Source: a phage. Taken from it: a stretch of DNA of 64,000 bases. Positions 34,827-44,466 of this stretch are shown in pieces. Within the stretch, counting starts at the first letter, position 1. Every line of letters starts with the position of its first letter. The stretch lies in sequence record PZ386957.1; one strand, given 5' to 3'. The notes beneath the pieces were generated by a model that saw nothing but the letters and a program-made list of their open reading frames with translations, was not told the DNA's origin and ran no database searches. The translations under genes were made by a program, and so were the position numbers.

Positions 34827-36239
34827 TTAGAAAGTCATGTTATTTGCTAGCTCGTCGAGTTTTTCGCGTTTCTCGGCTTGCTGTGCGCTTTGTGGTTTAA
34901 TTTGTGCGTTCTCCTGGTCGGCGATCTGGTTTGGAACTTCATACCAACGCTGATTTCCTTTTTTCACACCAACGTTAAAGCGAGAATAATAGTTCTTATC
35001 GCCGTAACGAGATTTGATCTGCTTGAGCAGTTGAACGCCCATTTTTGCAAGGTCTTCGGTTTCAATCACACCCAACATAAAATCGGCTGTAGCCGGAAGA
35101 CCTGCGGATTCAGCGGTATCACTCATGTTAAGGTCCGATGCATCCCATCCCGCGCGAGTAGTCTGTGCCGCAGTCCAGCCAACAACATCCCACTTAACAA
35201 AAAATCCTCGCAGTTCTTCCGCAATAGCCTTAACTAGTGTGTAACTGTTTTCAGAGTATACACGCAAACGAGACGATGCGCAAATCCCCAGATAGTCAAC
35301 AATTACAACATCAGGTTTAAACTGTTTCTTGAGTCGCAATTCATTCATTAACGCCTCAAAGTGGTTGGAGTTCGCGCCACCAGTCGGATATTGCTTGATC
35401 ATCAGCTTGCCGATTGGACGTTCTCCGGCTTTCTTATTCTTAACACGTTTCATACGTGCCGAATATTCAGCAAAAGAAACATTACCATTATCCAATTCAT
35501 CTAAGGTAATGTCAAGCAAGTTTGCGTCAATACGTTTTGCTACTACGTGCTCTGCCATCTCCATTGAGATATACAGGACATTATAACCACATTCCATATA
35601 ATCGGCAGCGAGAGAACATAAGCCCAATGATTTACCAACGTTTACACCAGCAAGCAACACATTCAAGGTCTTTTTCTCTGCCCCACCTTTCGTTATTTTA
35701 TTCAGACTAGGCAGCTTAAACGGGATCTTATTCGCTTTAGTCTGATATAACAAGAATCGTTTTTCAAAGTCATTAAACCAGTCATGACCTACATCAGAAT
35801 CAAACGTAATGGATAGTGCCTCCTGCATGATCTCAGGAATAGCGCCCTCGCCTGGCAATTTCTTATTCTGTTTTTCTTTTGGTAGCTGTGCGTTCGCCTG
35901 AATCTCTAGCGCCCGTGACATTGCATTATACATAGCACGGTCACGAATAAATTTTTCTGTTTCCTTCATTAACCAATCAAGGTCTTCCGGTGTATTCTCC
36001 AAAGAATCAAGAAGAGTTTTAGCCCCTTCATATGTTGTCTGATTGCCTCTCTCCTTGTCTAAAGCAATCTGTAATGCTGTAGGGGTAGGAATATTGGAAT
36101 ATTCGTCTACATGCTTTTTAATCAGCTTATAAATCAGTTTTTCTTCGTCTTCGGTGAAGTAGTCCGCTTTAAGATGAGGCCATACATTCGTGAAGAATGT
36201 GCCATTATAAATCAACTGTGAAAAGATAGTTTTAATCAT
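34827..36239 (-). CDS. 41: replicative DNA helicase gp41 (DnaB-like)
   Basis: 470 aa; Walker A GVNVGKS, VLYISMEM, PDVVIVDYLG, RecA-like core as in T4 gp41. Confidence 0.9.
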   Translation of the reverse strand: MIKTIFSQLIYNGTFFTNVWPHLKADYFTEDEEKLIYKLIKKHVDEYSNIPTPTALQIALDKERGNQTTYEGAKTLLDSLENTPEDLDWLMKETEKFIRDRAMYNAMSRALEIQANAQLPKEKQNKKLPGEGAIPEIMQEALSITFDSDVGHDWFNDFEKRFLLYQTKANKIPFKLPSLNKITKGGAEKKTLNVLLAGVNVGKSLGLCSLAADYMECGYNVLYISMEMAEHVVAKRIDANLLDITLDELDNGNVSFAEYSARMKRVKNKKAGERPIGKLMIKQYPTGGANSNHFEALMNELRLKKQFKPDVVIVDYLGICASSRLRVYSENSYTLVKAIAEELRGFFVKWDVVGWTAAQTTRAGWDASDLNMSDTAESAGLPATADFMLGVIETEDLAKMGVQLLKQIKSRYGDKNYYSRFNVGVKKGNQRWYEVPNQIADQENAQIKPQSAQQAEKREKLDELANNMTF

Positions 36240-36241
36240 AC

Positions 36242-36553
36242 TTAGCCTCCAACTACACGCATAACAAAGGTCTTGAGTTTATACCAGAAAGTTTCTTTTT
36301 TCAACTTTTCTTCTGCTTCTTTGATCTGCGCGGTTAACGCCTTAATGACGTGAGGATATACCACATCACGATCTGACGGCGTGGAGTAGTCGACCACAAT
36401 ACCTTTAGTGTCTGGATCGTATTCAACATTATGAATATAGACAATATGATGCTCTCCCTCTTCATCAACAATTATCAGTTCCTGAATAACTGTCTTCATT
36501 GCTTCTTGAATCAAGCCGTGTGCTTCTTCTAAACTCGTTGGTTTCTTATCCAT
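36242..36553 (-). CDS. 40: gp40-like head vertex assembly protein (tentative, by synteny)
   Basis: 103 aa between 41 and uvsX as in T4; hydrophobic C-terminus. Confidence 0.45.
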   Translation of the reverse strand: MDKKPTSLEEAHGLIQEAMKTVIQELIIVDEEGEHHIVYIHNVEYDPDTKGIVVDYSTPSDRDVVYPHVIKALTAQIKEAEEKLKKETFWYKLKTFVMRVVGG

Positions 36554-36575
36554 AATATAATCCTCTCTAGATATG

Positions 36576-36598
36576 AAAAAGGGGCACGTAGCCCCTTT
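36576..36598 (-). terminator. rho-independent terminator downstream of uvsX
   Basis: Minus strand AAAGGGGC-TACGT-GCCCC followed by TTTTT. Confidence 0.65.
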
Positions 36599-36608
36599 AC
36601 TACCATTG

Positions 36609-37679
36609 TTATGCTAACATATCTTCGATTTCTTTGTCAACTGCTTCGTCGCTGATCACTTGCCCCAGCTTATAATGGTCATTGATTGCTTCGTTAAACT
36701 TATCGTTTGTCAGAAGTGGTTTCCAGAACTCAATGCTGTTGGTTTCTTTAGCACGGAACTTTCGTTCTTCGGTTTCCATCTCTCCGGTCTCAGTATTCAG
36801 GATGGAACGAGAATACCAGCCGTTTGACGGTTTCACTACCCAACCTAACTCTACAGCCAATTCTAGCAAACCGGAATAAGGATCGATACCACCGCTAAAG
36901 GTTACGCTAATCGGGAACTTAGATTTTTCTTTAACGGTTCGTGATTTTTCCGCATTCAGGATAAAATCATAACCAGTAATTTCGGTTCCTTCTTTCTGTT
37001 GACGACGACCGATAATAAAGCATTCGTTGGCGCTGTACATTGCGCCCGTACCACCGGACATAACGGTCTTGCTAAACATTTCTTGCGTTTCGTATGTGTG
37101 GTTAATCGCAATGCACGGAATGTCATTCATAGTCAGATATGGTGTAATCATACGGAACAAGCCTTTAAGTGCTTTAGCTCGCGTCATATCCTGCGCCGAT
37201 TTCTCATTAATCGCGTCTTCAACTTCTTTTTTGCTTGCTAAGTTACCGATTGAGTCAATAAAGATGATCACTTTATCTTCACGGGTAATTTGCTCAAGCT
37301 GGTTCATGATCTCAAATTTAAGTTCTTCGATGTTCTTGATTGGAACGTGTACCACGCGATCAGGATCTACACCCATAGATGACAGATATGCGGAAGTAAT
37401 ACCAAACTCAGAATCAAAGAACAAACAAGCCGCATCAGGATTCTGTTTCATGTATGCACTAACACAAGTTAATCCCATGTTTGATTTAAAGTGCTTAGAT
37501 GGACCAGCAAAGAAAATCAGACCAGATTGAAAGCCTTTTTTAAGATCACCAGAAAACGCAATATTCAGCATCGGGATCTTAGTGCGAGTATTTGTTTTTT
37601 CGTTAAAGAAGCTGGATTTAGACAGTACCGCAGTAGTTTTCAGGGTAGAGTTCTTTTTCAGTTTTTCCAGTACAGACAT
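36609..37679 (-). CDS. uvsX: UvsX recombinase (RecA-like)
   Basis: 356 aa; TKIPMLNIAFSG, GPSKHFKSN, FDSEFGIT, CIAINHTYETQEMFSKTVMSGGTG, EKSRTVKEKSKF match remembered T4 UvsX. Confidence 0.92.
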   Translation of the reverse strand: MSVLEKLKKNSTLKTTAVLSKSSFFNEKTNTRTKIPMLNIAFSGDLKKGFQSGLIFFAGPSKHFKSNMGLTCVSAYMKQNPDAACLFFDSEFGITSAYLSSMGVDPDRVVHVPIKNIEELKFEIMNQLEQITREDKVIIFIDSIGNLASKKEVEDAINEKSAQDMTRAKALKGLFRMITPYLTMNDIPCIAINHTYETQEMFSKTVMSGGTGAMYSANECFIIGRRQQKEGTEITGYDFILNAEKSRTVKEKSKFPISVTFSGGIDPYSGLLELAVELGWVVKPSNGWYSRSILNTETGEMETEERKFRAKETNSIEFWKPLLTNDKFNEAINDHYKLGQVISDEAVDKEIEDMLA

Positions 37680-37690
37680 TATTAATACCT

Positions 37691-37918
37691 CTATTCAGTT
37701 AATCCGTAATACTTTAATTGCTTCATTGTTATTCGATCTTTGTAGTGCTCTTGAATTAACTTTTTCATCGCATCAACATCGATCGTCACAAATACTTCGT
37801 TGCTGTGATTTCCGTGAACTTTCTTGAAGTGCTCTATCGCGTCCTCTCGTTCACGTCTAATCTTTTCGATATCTCTCATAGTATATTTCTCACGCTGGCG
37901 GGTATCGTCACCCAACAC
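37691..37918 (-). CDS. hypothetical protein (75 aa)
   Basis: ORF track; only ORF between uvsX and polymerase 43B. Confidence 0.4.
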   Translation of the reverse strand: MLGDDTRQREKYTMRDIEKIRREREDAIEHFKKVHGNHSNEVFVTIDVDAMKKLIQEHYKDRITMKQLKYYGLTE

Positions 37919-37940
37919 CCGCCATTATACACACTTTATC

Positions 37941-39380
37941 TTAAATGTCAAACAGGTCCGTAAGCGATGCCACTTTTTCATATTGCAGCTTTGCAGCCGT
38001 GGTAATGTTCTCCAGTGGTTTGACGAAAGTCTTATTGAACAACAAAGACCAGTCCAACCACTTTAACACCTCTGATTCAATTTCTGGAGGAATACGAGTA
38101 CCAGACAACCAACCAAAACAGATTTCTCCAAACGGATTTCGATCTTTGAGCGGTACGATCATAACTTTCTCGCCCTCACGAATCGGATCTAGTCCAAATT
38201 TTCGAGCATTACGATTATAACACAATACGCTCTTAACCGCATACGGACAGCCCTTAATCGGATACCCGTTTGAATCGCTGTATTTCTGTAGGTTGTTTGC
38301 AGATGATACCGCAGCAACCTCAAGATAGTCAAGTTTTCTAAATTCTTGCTCAAAAATACCGTAGTATTCCTGCAATGACTCTTCACCTTCCTGCAACATA
38401 CGACGAATACATTCTTTCAGTGATTTCTGACATGCTTTAGGTGTAGAACTACGTTGCGTTTCTAAGCCCATGATTTTTAGCTTAGGTTCAGCAAAGCGAG
38501 TTCCTTCCATATCCCAAACATTAAGAGCATAACGCTTTTTACCAGTCCAGAATCCACCGATACCCGCAGATTTCAACGGAGGACCAGCAATTGCCTCACG
38601 GTCCATAAACATCAAGTGCTCATAGTTGTTCATGTACTCGCATAACTCGCGATATCCCTTGTCGATAATAGGTTCCATTCGATGTTTACCGAAATTATCA
38701 AGGAAGTCAACAAGTTTTTCGGTATCGTCGAAACGGTCTTCCCCACCAACCTTATCAACAACATTGTTAACCAGCACATAAACGGAGTCAGTATCACAAT
38801 AACGAACATATGCAAAATCGGTTGTTCCGCAAAGTTCGTTTAAGTATTCGTTAATCTTACGCTCAATCCACTGAATTGCAAGCTGACCGAACAAAGTGAT
38901 CGCACTAGCATTACGCAGATCATACAAACGAAATTTCGGATTTCCTACATATTTTCAATGAGTCGCGCAACCAACTCACCCGCCGTTAGGCTGCTGCATA
39001 TCGCTATGCAGATAAGACTATATCACCTATCAACCGAAGTCAATAGCCCACCATTTCGAGCGCCATTAGCTTGCACCCTACACCGTTACACTCATCACGG
39101 TTAGTCGTTAGGCATTTACAGCATTATAGCTGATTTAGCACGGGATTGTCAACCAGTCCGTATACGTTGATATTCCCCGTTTAGATGGGTTTAAGGTGCG
39201 CTAGGATGTTTACGCACCATAAAGGCTGTTAATCAATACCTTTCGTGAAAGTTGGTTTGTGTTACATAGAATAGACTCGTCTTGACATATCGCTAGATGC
39301 CGTTCTAATTCCTCGATTGGTAACGAATCAAGATAGGCCAATTCTTCATCGGTGAAGTCTTTACGATGATCTATATTCAT
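37941..39380 (-). CDS. 43: DNA polymerase subunit 43B (motifs B and C), interrupted by a group I intron; exon 1 39380..39212, exon 2 38947..37941
   Basis: Exon 1 from ATG 39380 encodes MNIDHRKDF...CNTNQLSRKVLINSLYGA (motif B); spliced to exon 2 gives YGA-LGNPKFRLYDLRNAS...YCDTDSVYV (motif C). Track ORF 37941..38927 is the exon 2 part. Confidence 0.8.
38948..39211 (-). ncRNA. group I self-splicing intron (td-like, subgroup IA2-type core), ORF-less, 264 nt
   Basis: Minus strand has ACGGGGAA, GACAATCCCGTGCTAAAT, TAAATGCCTAACGACTA, TAGGGTGCAAG, CTCGAAA, GATATAGTCT, CTGCAT...ATGCAG as in the T4 td intron; P1 pairs exon GGUGCGU with GCGCACC (U.G at splice site); ends in G. Confidence 0.8.
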
Positions 39381-40198
39381 GATATATCTTTCTCCTTAAG
39401 CCGACAATTGTTAAAATGCCAGCGTTTTAAAGACTGTGCAACTCCAGATTTACCGCAATGTGGACATACAGCAATAATTTTCTTGCTTTCTTCCCAGCGT
39501 TTCTTTGCGGCTTCTTTCATCTTTTCTTTAGAGTCGTCAGACATTTTCTTACCTTTCATGCCCTTAACGCAATCTGGATTTTCTGCTATTCTAGCAAGCA
39601 TTCTTTGTCTTTGCAACTCTTTTTTCTCGTCGCTCCACCCTGCGGATATTTTATCACGTTCTTCCTGTGATAGCGTCTTACCAACTTGTTTGTGTGGATT
39701 TTTAGAATAATATTCTTTTAATCCTTTAGCGATCTTTGCCTTTGTATCATCAGAGTGAGATTTGTCAATATCTTTGTTGCTATTATACTTCTCGATGTTT
39801 CTTTTTGAAACGGCATCATAAAATTCTTTGTTTGACTTTCTCGTCTTTTTGATACCGTTAGAAACTTTGACAGCAATTACCGGATTTTTCATCGGGTTAT
39901 TGTCGCCGGAAGTGTCGATGTGATAGAAGCCACCGACACCGCCTAACGTGATGTTATATGTATCAGACCGCTTTAGAAAGTCTTCGTTTACGATCTCGGC
40001 CTCTTTGTCATAAGCGTCTTTCTCGTTATCATATTCAAACAGAATATCTTTATGGAAGTTTTCGACCCCATACTTCGCGATAGCTCGTTTGATATGAATA
40101 CCGCTACCCATATATGAATCATCTGGGTCGTCGGTCTTGTGTACACCAACATAGATCATATTGTTTATCTTATTTGTGATCCGATACACATAATACAT
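39377..40198 (-). CDS. GIY-YIG homing endonuclease (Seg-like), free-standing between 43A and 43B
   Basis: 273 aa; N-terminal YYVYRITNKINNMIYVGVHKT...YMGSG GIY-YIG motif, basic C-terminal region with CPHCG zinc finger; ATG overlaps 43A stop (TAATG), stop overlaps 43B ATG (ATGA). Confidence 0.85.
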   Translation of the reverse strand: MYYVYRITNKINNMIYVGVHKTDDPDDSYMGSGIHIKRAIAKYGVENFHKDILFEYDNEKDAYDKEAEIVNEDFLKRSDTYNITLGGVGGFYHIDTSGDNNPMKNPVIAVKVSNGIKKTRKSNKEFYDAVSKRNIEKYNSNKDIDKSHSDDTKAKIAKGLKEYYSKNPHKQVGKTLSQEERDKISAGWSDEKKELQRQRMLARIAENPDCVKGMKGKKMSDDSKEKMKEAAKKRWEESKKIIAVCPHCGKSGVAQSLKRWHFNNCRLKEKDIS

Positions 40199-41715
40199 TA
40201 TTCACCTCGTCGTTTCTTTAACATCTCCTTAATCTTTTCAGCATTACGGTCACACGCCAACATCATGTTTTTGTACTGTTTACGCTGGTCGAACACCTTT
40301 TTGATTTCAATCGGTACTACACCCTGAATATCTTTTCGATACATCCAACCGTTAGGAGAACATGAGTATTCATCGCTAGGCCGTTCCGCTGTTTTATTAA
40401 TATAGTCGATCATTGGCGCGGTGTCAAATGATCCAGCTATAGTTTCCGGCGAAATGTTAACCTGTCGGATGATAGACGGATACAGACTTGTTAAGTCAAA
40501 GCTCATCATCCAACGGTAAGCATTAGGTACTGGTTCTTTTACAAAAGCACCTGGATACGTCTGCTTAGGCTGTATCTTATTTTCCGGTACTACTTTACCC
40601 TCAGCTTTCAGAGATCCGAAGATAATAGCATCCCATACCTTCATCGGGTTATACACATGGTTAAATTTAATCTTTGCATAGTAGCATAGACTATACACAA
40701 GATCGATAAATCCGCGCTTTTTATCAATCGCCAATACACGATCAACGTCGCCGATGTTATAATCGATGTAAAGTTGATGGTTGTCATCACGCAATTTCTT
40801 TAACGGACCATCATAATCAACCTTACCGATTCCTGTCTCATATTCAGCAACATAATCTAATGCATATGTTGGTTGAGTCGTAAAGCTGAATTTCTTGTAC
40901 AGGTCAATGTAATCAAGGCTTTCGATCCCCATGATCGTAAATGCTTCACGCTCGTTGCCAAAATCATCCTGTGAGATTCGGGATTTAATCTTACCGCACG
41001 GGCTTAATCGGTTTGCCGTTCGACTTCCAAACTTATTACTGATACGCTTAATGATATACGGGATATCGAATGTTTCTGTGTTCCAGCCAGTGAAACCAAC
41101 TGGTCGATTTTCCTCAAAGAATCGGATGTATTCTAACAGCAATTCATCTTCCGTATCGTAGACGTTATAAACAACACGCTCTACTATATCAGGTCGAAGA
41201 ATAGACTTTCTTGCTTCCCATATTTCACCGTTTTTGCCTTTCAAATCAAAGACAAAGAAACGATCATGTACGGAATCATAATGCGTAATTGCATCAATAG
41301 GATATTTTGCTTCTTCTGGCTTCGGGAATTCCGGCGCAGTAACCTCAATATCAACCCATGCTACACGGATTTTATTTCGGTCATATCGAATCTCACCCTT
41401 GTATGTGTCGGATAGATAGGAGATGATAAAATCATCCATTCCTAACGCCTCTTGCCCCATCTCTCCCATCTTTTTACGCCATTTGTTGGCCTCGTTCATA
41501 GATGGGAATTTTTTAGCAATGCAAGGCTTGCCATAGATATCTTTATAATTAGTAACCATACCAGGCGCGGCATGATGAAATAAAGTTGGCGTATACTCAA
41601 CGTAACGCTCTTGTTCTTGTCCGGTATCATCAATATAACGCTCGTAGATCTTATCACCTACTCTCTCACATGACAGAAAATACATAATATAAACTCCTTC
41701 ACTTACGAAAGACAC
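40198..41715 (-). CDS. 43: DNA polymerase subunit 43A (3'-5' exonuclease domain and polymerase motif A)
   Basis: 505 aa; exo motifs (VAWVDIEV, YNIGDVD) and motif A SFDLTSLYPSII; ends ~60 residues before motif B relative to remembered T4 gp43. Confidence 0.88.
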   Translation of the reverse strand: MSFVSEGVYIMYFLSCERVGDKIYERYIDDTGQEQERYVEYTPTLFHHAAPGMVTNYKDIYGKPCIAKKFPSMNEANKWRKKMGEMGQEALGMDDFIISYLSDTYKGEIRYDRNKIRVAWVDIEVTAPEFPKPEEAKYPIDAITHYDSVHDRFFVFDLKGKNGEIWEARKSILRPDIVERVVYNVYDTEDELLLEYIRFFEENRPVGFTGWNTETFDIPYIIKRISNKFGSRTANRLSPCGKIKSRISQDDFGNEREAFTIMGIESLDYIDLYKKFSFTTQPTYALDYVAEYETGIGKVDYDGPLKKLRDDNHQLYIDYNIGDVDRVLAIDKKRGFIDLVYSLCYYAKIKFNHVYNPMKVWDAIIFGSLKAEGKVVPENKIQPKQTYPGAFVKEPVPNAYRWMMSFDLTSLYPSIIRQVNISPETIAGSFDTAPMIDYINKTAERPSDEYSCSPNGWMYRKDIQGVVPIEIKKVFDQRKQYKNMMLACDRNAEKIKEMLKKRRGE

Positions 41716-41767
41716 TCATTATAGGGGAATCGACTTAGTTTGTCAATACCCCTATCCCATCAGTATC

Positions 41768-42130
41768 TTAGCGTCCGATCTGATACTTTTCGATCAGTGT
41801 CCATTCTTCTTTCTGTTTGAAAGACAGAACACGGAAGTTATTCACTTCGGTAGTTTCAAAATCACTATCAATCAGGGTACACAGATTCCACTGCGCAAGA
41901 AGTTTTGCAATGTTATTACGGCGTAACTCATCTTCCCACGTCATTTTAACACTACGACCATCTAATTTCAATAACTCCTTGAAGTGAACGATATAATAGC
42001 GCCCTTTCTTCTGGAGAATATGACAAGATTGATACAGTGTCTTGTCTCGATTATTGGCAATGCCGCAGCGGGTTAAAGTCTCCTTAATTTTAAGGAAGTT
42101 TTCAGGATTAATCAAATTAATTTCAATCAT
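41768..42130 (-). CDS. regA: RegA translational repressor
   Basis: 120 aa; PENFLKIKETLTRCGIANNRDKTLYQSCHILQKKGRYYIVHFKELL...NNFRVLSFKQK matches remembered T4 RegA. Confidence 0.92.
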   Translation of the reverse strand: MIEINLINPENFLKIKETLTRCGIANNRDKTLYQSCHILQKKGRYYIVHFKELLKLDGRSVKMTWEDELRRNNIAKLLAQWNLCTLIDSDFETTEVNNFRVLSFKQKEEWTLIEKYQIGR

Positions 42131-42131
42131 T

Positions 42132-42710
42132 TTACCACCTTTCTATAATCTTTTTAAGTCGTTTCCTTTCTGTTTGGTTCTTAGTAACACCCGCCAAAAG
42201 TTCATCGGTCGCATACGGTTTAATGTGCTTCAATAACTTGTCCATATATCCCTTTTCATTAGCCAAATCGAGATAAAACCGGGCGTCATCCATATTTACA
42301 CAATATGCTTTCGCCACTGCCATTAAAACCAATTTTTGGTCCAATTCTTCTGTTAGTTTAGCCCATTTACCGTATCGTTTCCCCTTAGAAATACTCTGTA
42401 AGAGATAATCAAAATGCATTTGATCTGGGAGGCCATGACCGATTAAATTCATCACATACGCGCTATATAGGCAATCTGCGTGCTGGGAAAGAGCGGTGTT
42501 AATCCATCTCTGGTTATATGCAGAATTGTTTCCCACATTAACGTGCTGTTTATCTAAGGTGATATGATCCATCAGAGCAAATAATGCATTGTCGGTTTTC
42601 TCGGTGAATGTATCCGCTAATTCAGACACCTTTTCCCAATCACGAGAGCGCCATGCAATTTCATGCTCGTTTAATTGTGTATCATCTTCACCGAAAAATT
42701 GACCTAACAT
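42132..42710 (-). CDS. 62: clamp loader small subunit gp62
   Basis: 192 aa between regA and gene 44; size and synteny of T4 gp62. Confidence 0.75.
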   Translation of the reverse strand: MLGQFFGEDDTQLNEHEIAWRSRDWEKVSELADTFTEKTDNALFALMDHITLDKQHVNVGNNSAYNQRWINTALSQHADCLYSAYVMNLIGHGLPDQMHFDYLLQSISKGKRYGKWAKLTEELDQKLVLMAVAKAYCVNMDDARFYLDLANEKGYMDKLLKHIKPYATDELLAGVTKNQTERKRLKKIIERW

Positions 42711-43699
42711 TATACGAACTCCAATTCAACCATTAATTGCATTAACAAAAAGACAATGTGAATCTCTTTATCAGCCGCGTGCGCAAACATCTGATTATTT
42801 TCACCGATAATCTCAGTGAGACGAATAATAGACGCTGGCTTAACTTGAGTATACAACTCATTATAAAGTTTCTTGACAAATTGAGCGTATGTATTGGTAT
42901 AGCGTGGTGCGAGTTTACGCACATTAGCAAACTGTTTAGTTTTAAGTGCTTCCACCACATCGGTTACTTCGGTATTGCTACTTTCGATAACCATGCTCAA
43001 TACGCCAGCATCAATTTTACCATGTTTAGCGTAGCGGTCCAAAAGTTTCATTACGCGTCGGAAGTCTGGGAAGTTCTGCTTAACCAGTTCCGCCAATACG
43101 CGCATTTCTTCTACTGGCACACCTTCTTTATCAAGAATTGCTTTGCACCGGACGATCATTTCTTTCATCATGCGAAGCTGATCATCTTTAGTCGGAGATC
43201 CAAACGTGATGGGATCAAATCGAGATCGCAACGCTGGGATAATACCTTCTAGATCGTTTGCTGTGATAATGAATGTCACGTTGTTTGAGTATGCCTCAGA
43301 GAAACTACGCAAGTGTCTTTGAGCGTCAGCCAACCCCGCTCGGTCATACTCATCGATAATAACAACTTTGCCTTTTTCTCGTTTTTCTTCATCGAGTGAT
43401 ACACTCTGCGCAAAGCGTGTAATCTCATCGCGGATAAAATCAATCTTACAATCTGCGCCGTTAACAAACAGATAATCAACACCCACATCTTCGCAAAGCG
43501 CCTTAGCAACGGTTGTTTTACCAGTACCCGGCGATGGGCTATGCAGGATCATAGAAGGGATTCGGCCTTGCTTAACAATCTGCGCGAAGATCTTTTTATC
43601 TGCTTCCGGCAGAATACATTCAGAAATTGATTTCGGACGGTATTTCTGTTCCCACTGAAACTCATTTTCATTAACACTCAGCATATAATCACCTCTCAC
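42710..43699 (-). CDS. 44: clamp loader large subunit gp44 (AAA+)
   Basis: 329 aa; Walker A SPSPGTGKTT, Walker B VIIDEYD, arginine finger region; T4 gp44 size. Confidence 0.9.
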   Translation of the reverse strand: MRGDYMLSVNENEFQWEQKYRPKSISECILPEADKKIFAQIVKQGRIPSMILHSPSPGTGKTTVAKALCEDVGVDYLFVNGADCKIDFIRDEITRFAQSVSLDEEKREKGKVVIIDEYDRAGLADAQRHLRSFSEAYSNNVTFIITANDLEGIIPALRSRFDPITFGSPTKDDQLRMMKEMIVRCKAILDKEGVPVEEMRVLAELVKQNFPDFRRVMKLLDRYAKHGKIDAGVLSMVIESSNTEVTDVVEALKTKQFANVRKLAPRYTNTYAQFVKKLYNELYTQVKPASIIRLTEIIGENNQMFAHAADKEIHIVFLLMQLMVELEFV

Positions 43700-43749
43700 A
43701 AATTACATCATTAAAACGGGGAGTATTTACACTCCCCACAAACATTATA

Positions 43750-44439
43750 TTAGTCGGTGTAGCTGGAGTCAAGGTCACACGCGATCATATAAGATACGGT
43801 TTCACTTGCCAGCCATACAGCCTTACGGCGAGTGAAGCTCAATTTGTAATCGCCGAAGTCGGTAGCAACCAGTTTCATGTTATCTTTACGAATAAAGAAA
43901 TGGAAGTCTGCGGTTCCGGCATATTCGCCCATATCAAGACAAAACATCTCATTCGGATTATTTTTGTCAATTTCTTCCCAACCTTTGATCATAAGACGAC
44001 CATCAATCGGTAGAAACTCAAGGCGATCCACTTTAAGCTGATTGCTCATTTTCATAAGCTGTTTCAGATCGTCGTTGCTCAGTTCGTAATCTACATCGCT
44101 TGCAGGTGGAGTAACTCGGCCTTTCGGTGATACGATAGCAGCAGCACTAGCACCAGGATAATTAATTTTCAGACGATCGTTAGACACACGAATGTTACCA
44201 GTGCGGTTATCAACCGTAATATCTGCTTCATCGCCTACCAGATTCAGGATACCCAAGAAAGAGTTAAGATCATAGATCCCGATTTCGTGTTCCAGTTCTT
44301 GATTCAGAGTCGCTTCACCATATACAACGTTTGTCATGTTTTTGGTGATCAGGACGTTTCCTTTTTTCAGGATGATACCTGGGTTAATAGCGGAAAAGTT
44401 TTTCAGGGTAGCAATGGTTTCTTTAGTCAGTTTCATCAA
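43750..44439 (-). CDS. 45: sliding clamp gp45
   Basis: 229 aa directly downstream of 44 on minus strand; T4 gp45 size. Confidence 0.85.
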   Translation of the reverse strand: MMKLTKETIATLKNFSAINPGIILKKGNVLITKNMTNVVYGEATLNQELEHEIGIYDLNSFLGILNLVGDEADITVDNRTGNIRVSNDRLKINYPGASAAAIVSPKGRVTPPASDVDYELSNDDLKQLMKMSNQLKVDRLEFLPIDGRLMIKGWEEIDKNNPNEMFCLDMGEYAGTADFHFFIRKDNMKLVATDFGDYKLSFTRRKAVWLASETVSYMIACDLDSSYTD

Positions 44440-44466
44440 ATCACCTTTATCATGTTAATCAATTAA

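Noticed and set aside
37941-38927. 328-aa ORF starting at a non-ATG codon as a complete gene
   Set aside because: The frame extends upstream to the 3' splice site at 38947 and joins the motif B exon; it is exon 2 of polymerase 43B.
38928-39376. ORF-free, GC-richer region considered as a possible tRNA or small RNA gene
   Set aside because: No cloverleaf-like arrangement seen; sequence matches group I intron core elements and is flanked by polymerase exons, so it is an intron plus a short exon.
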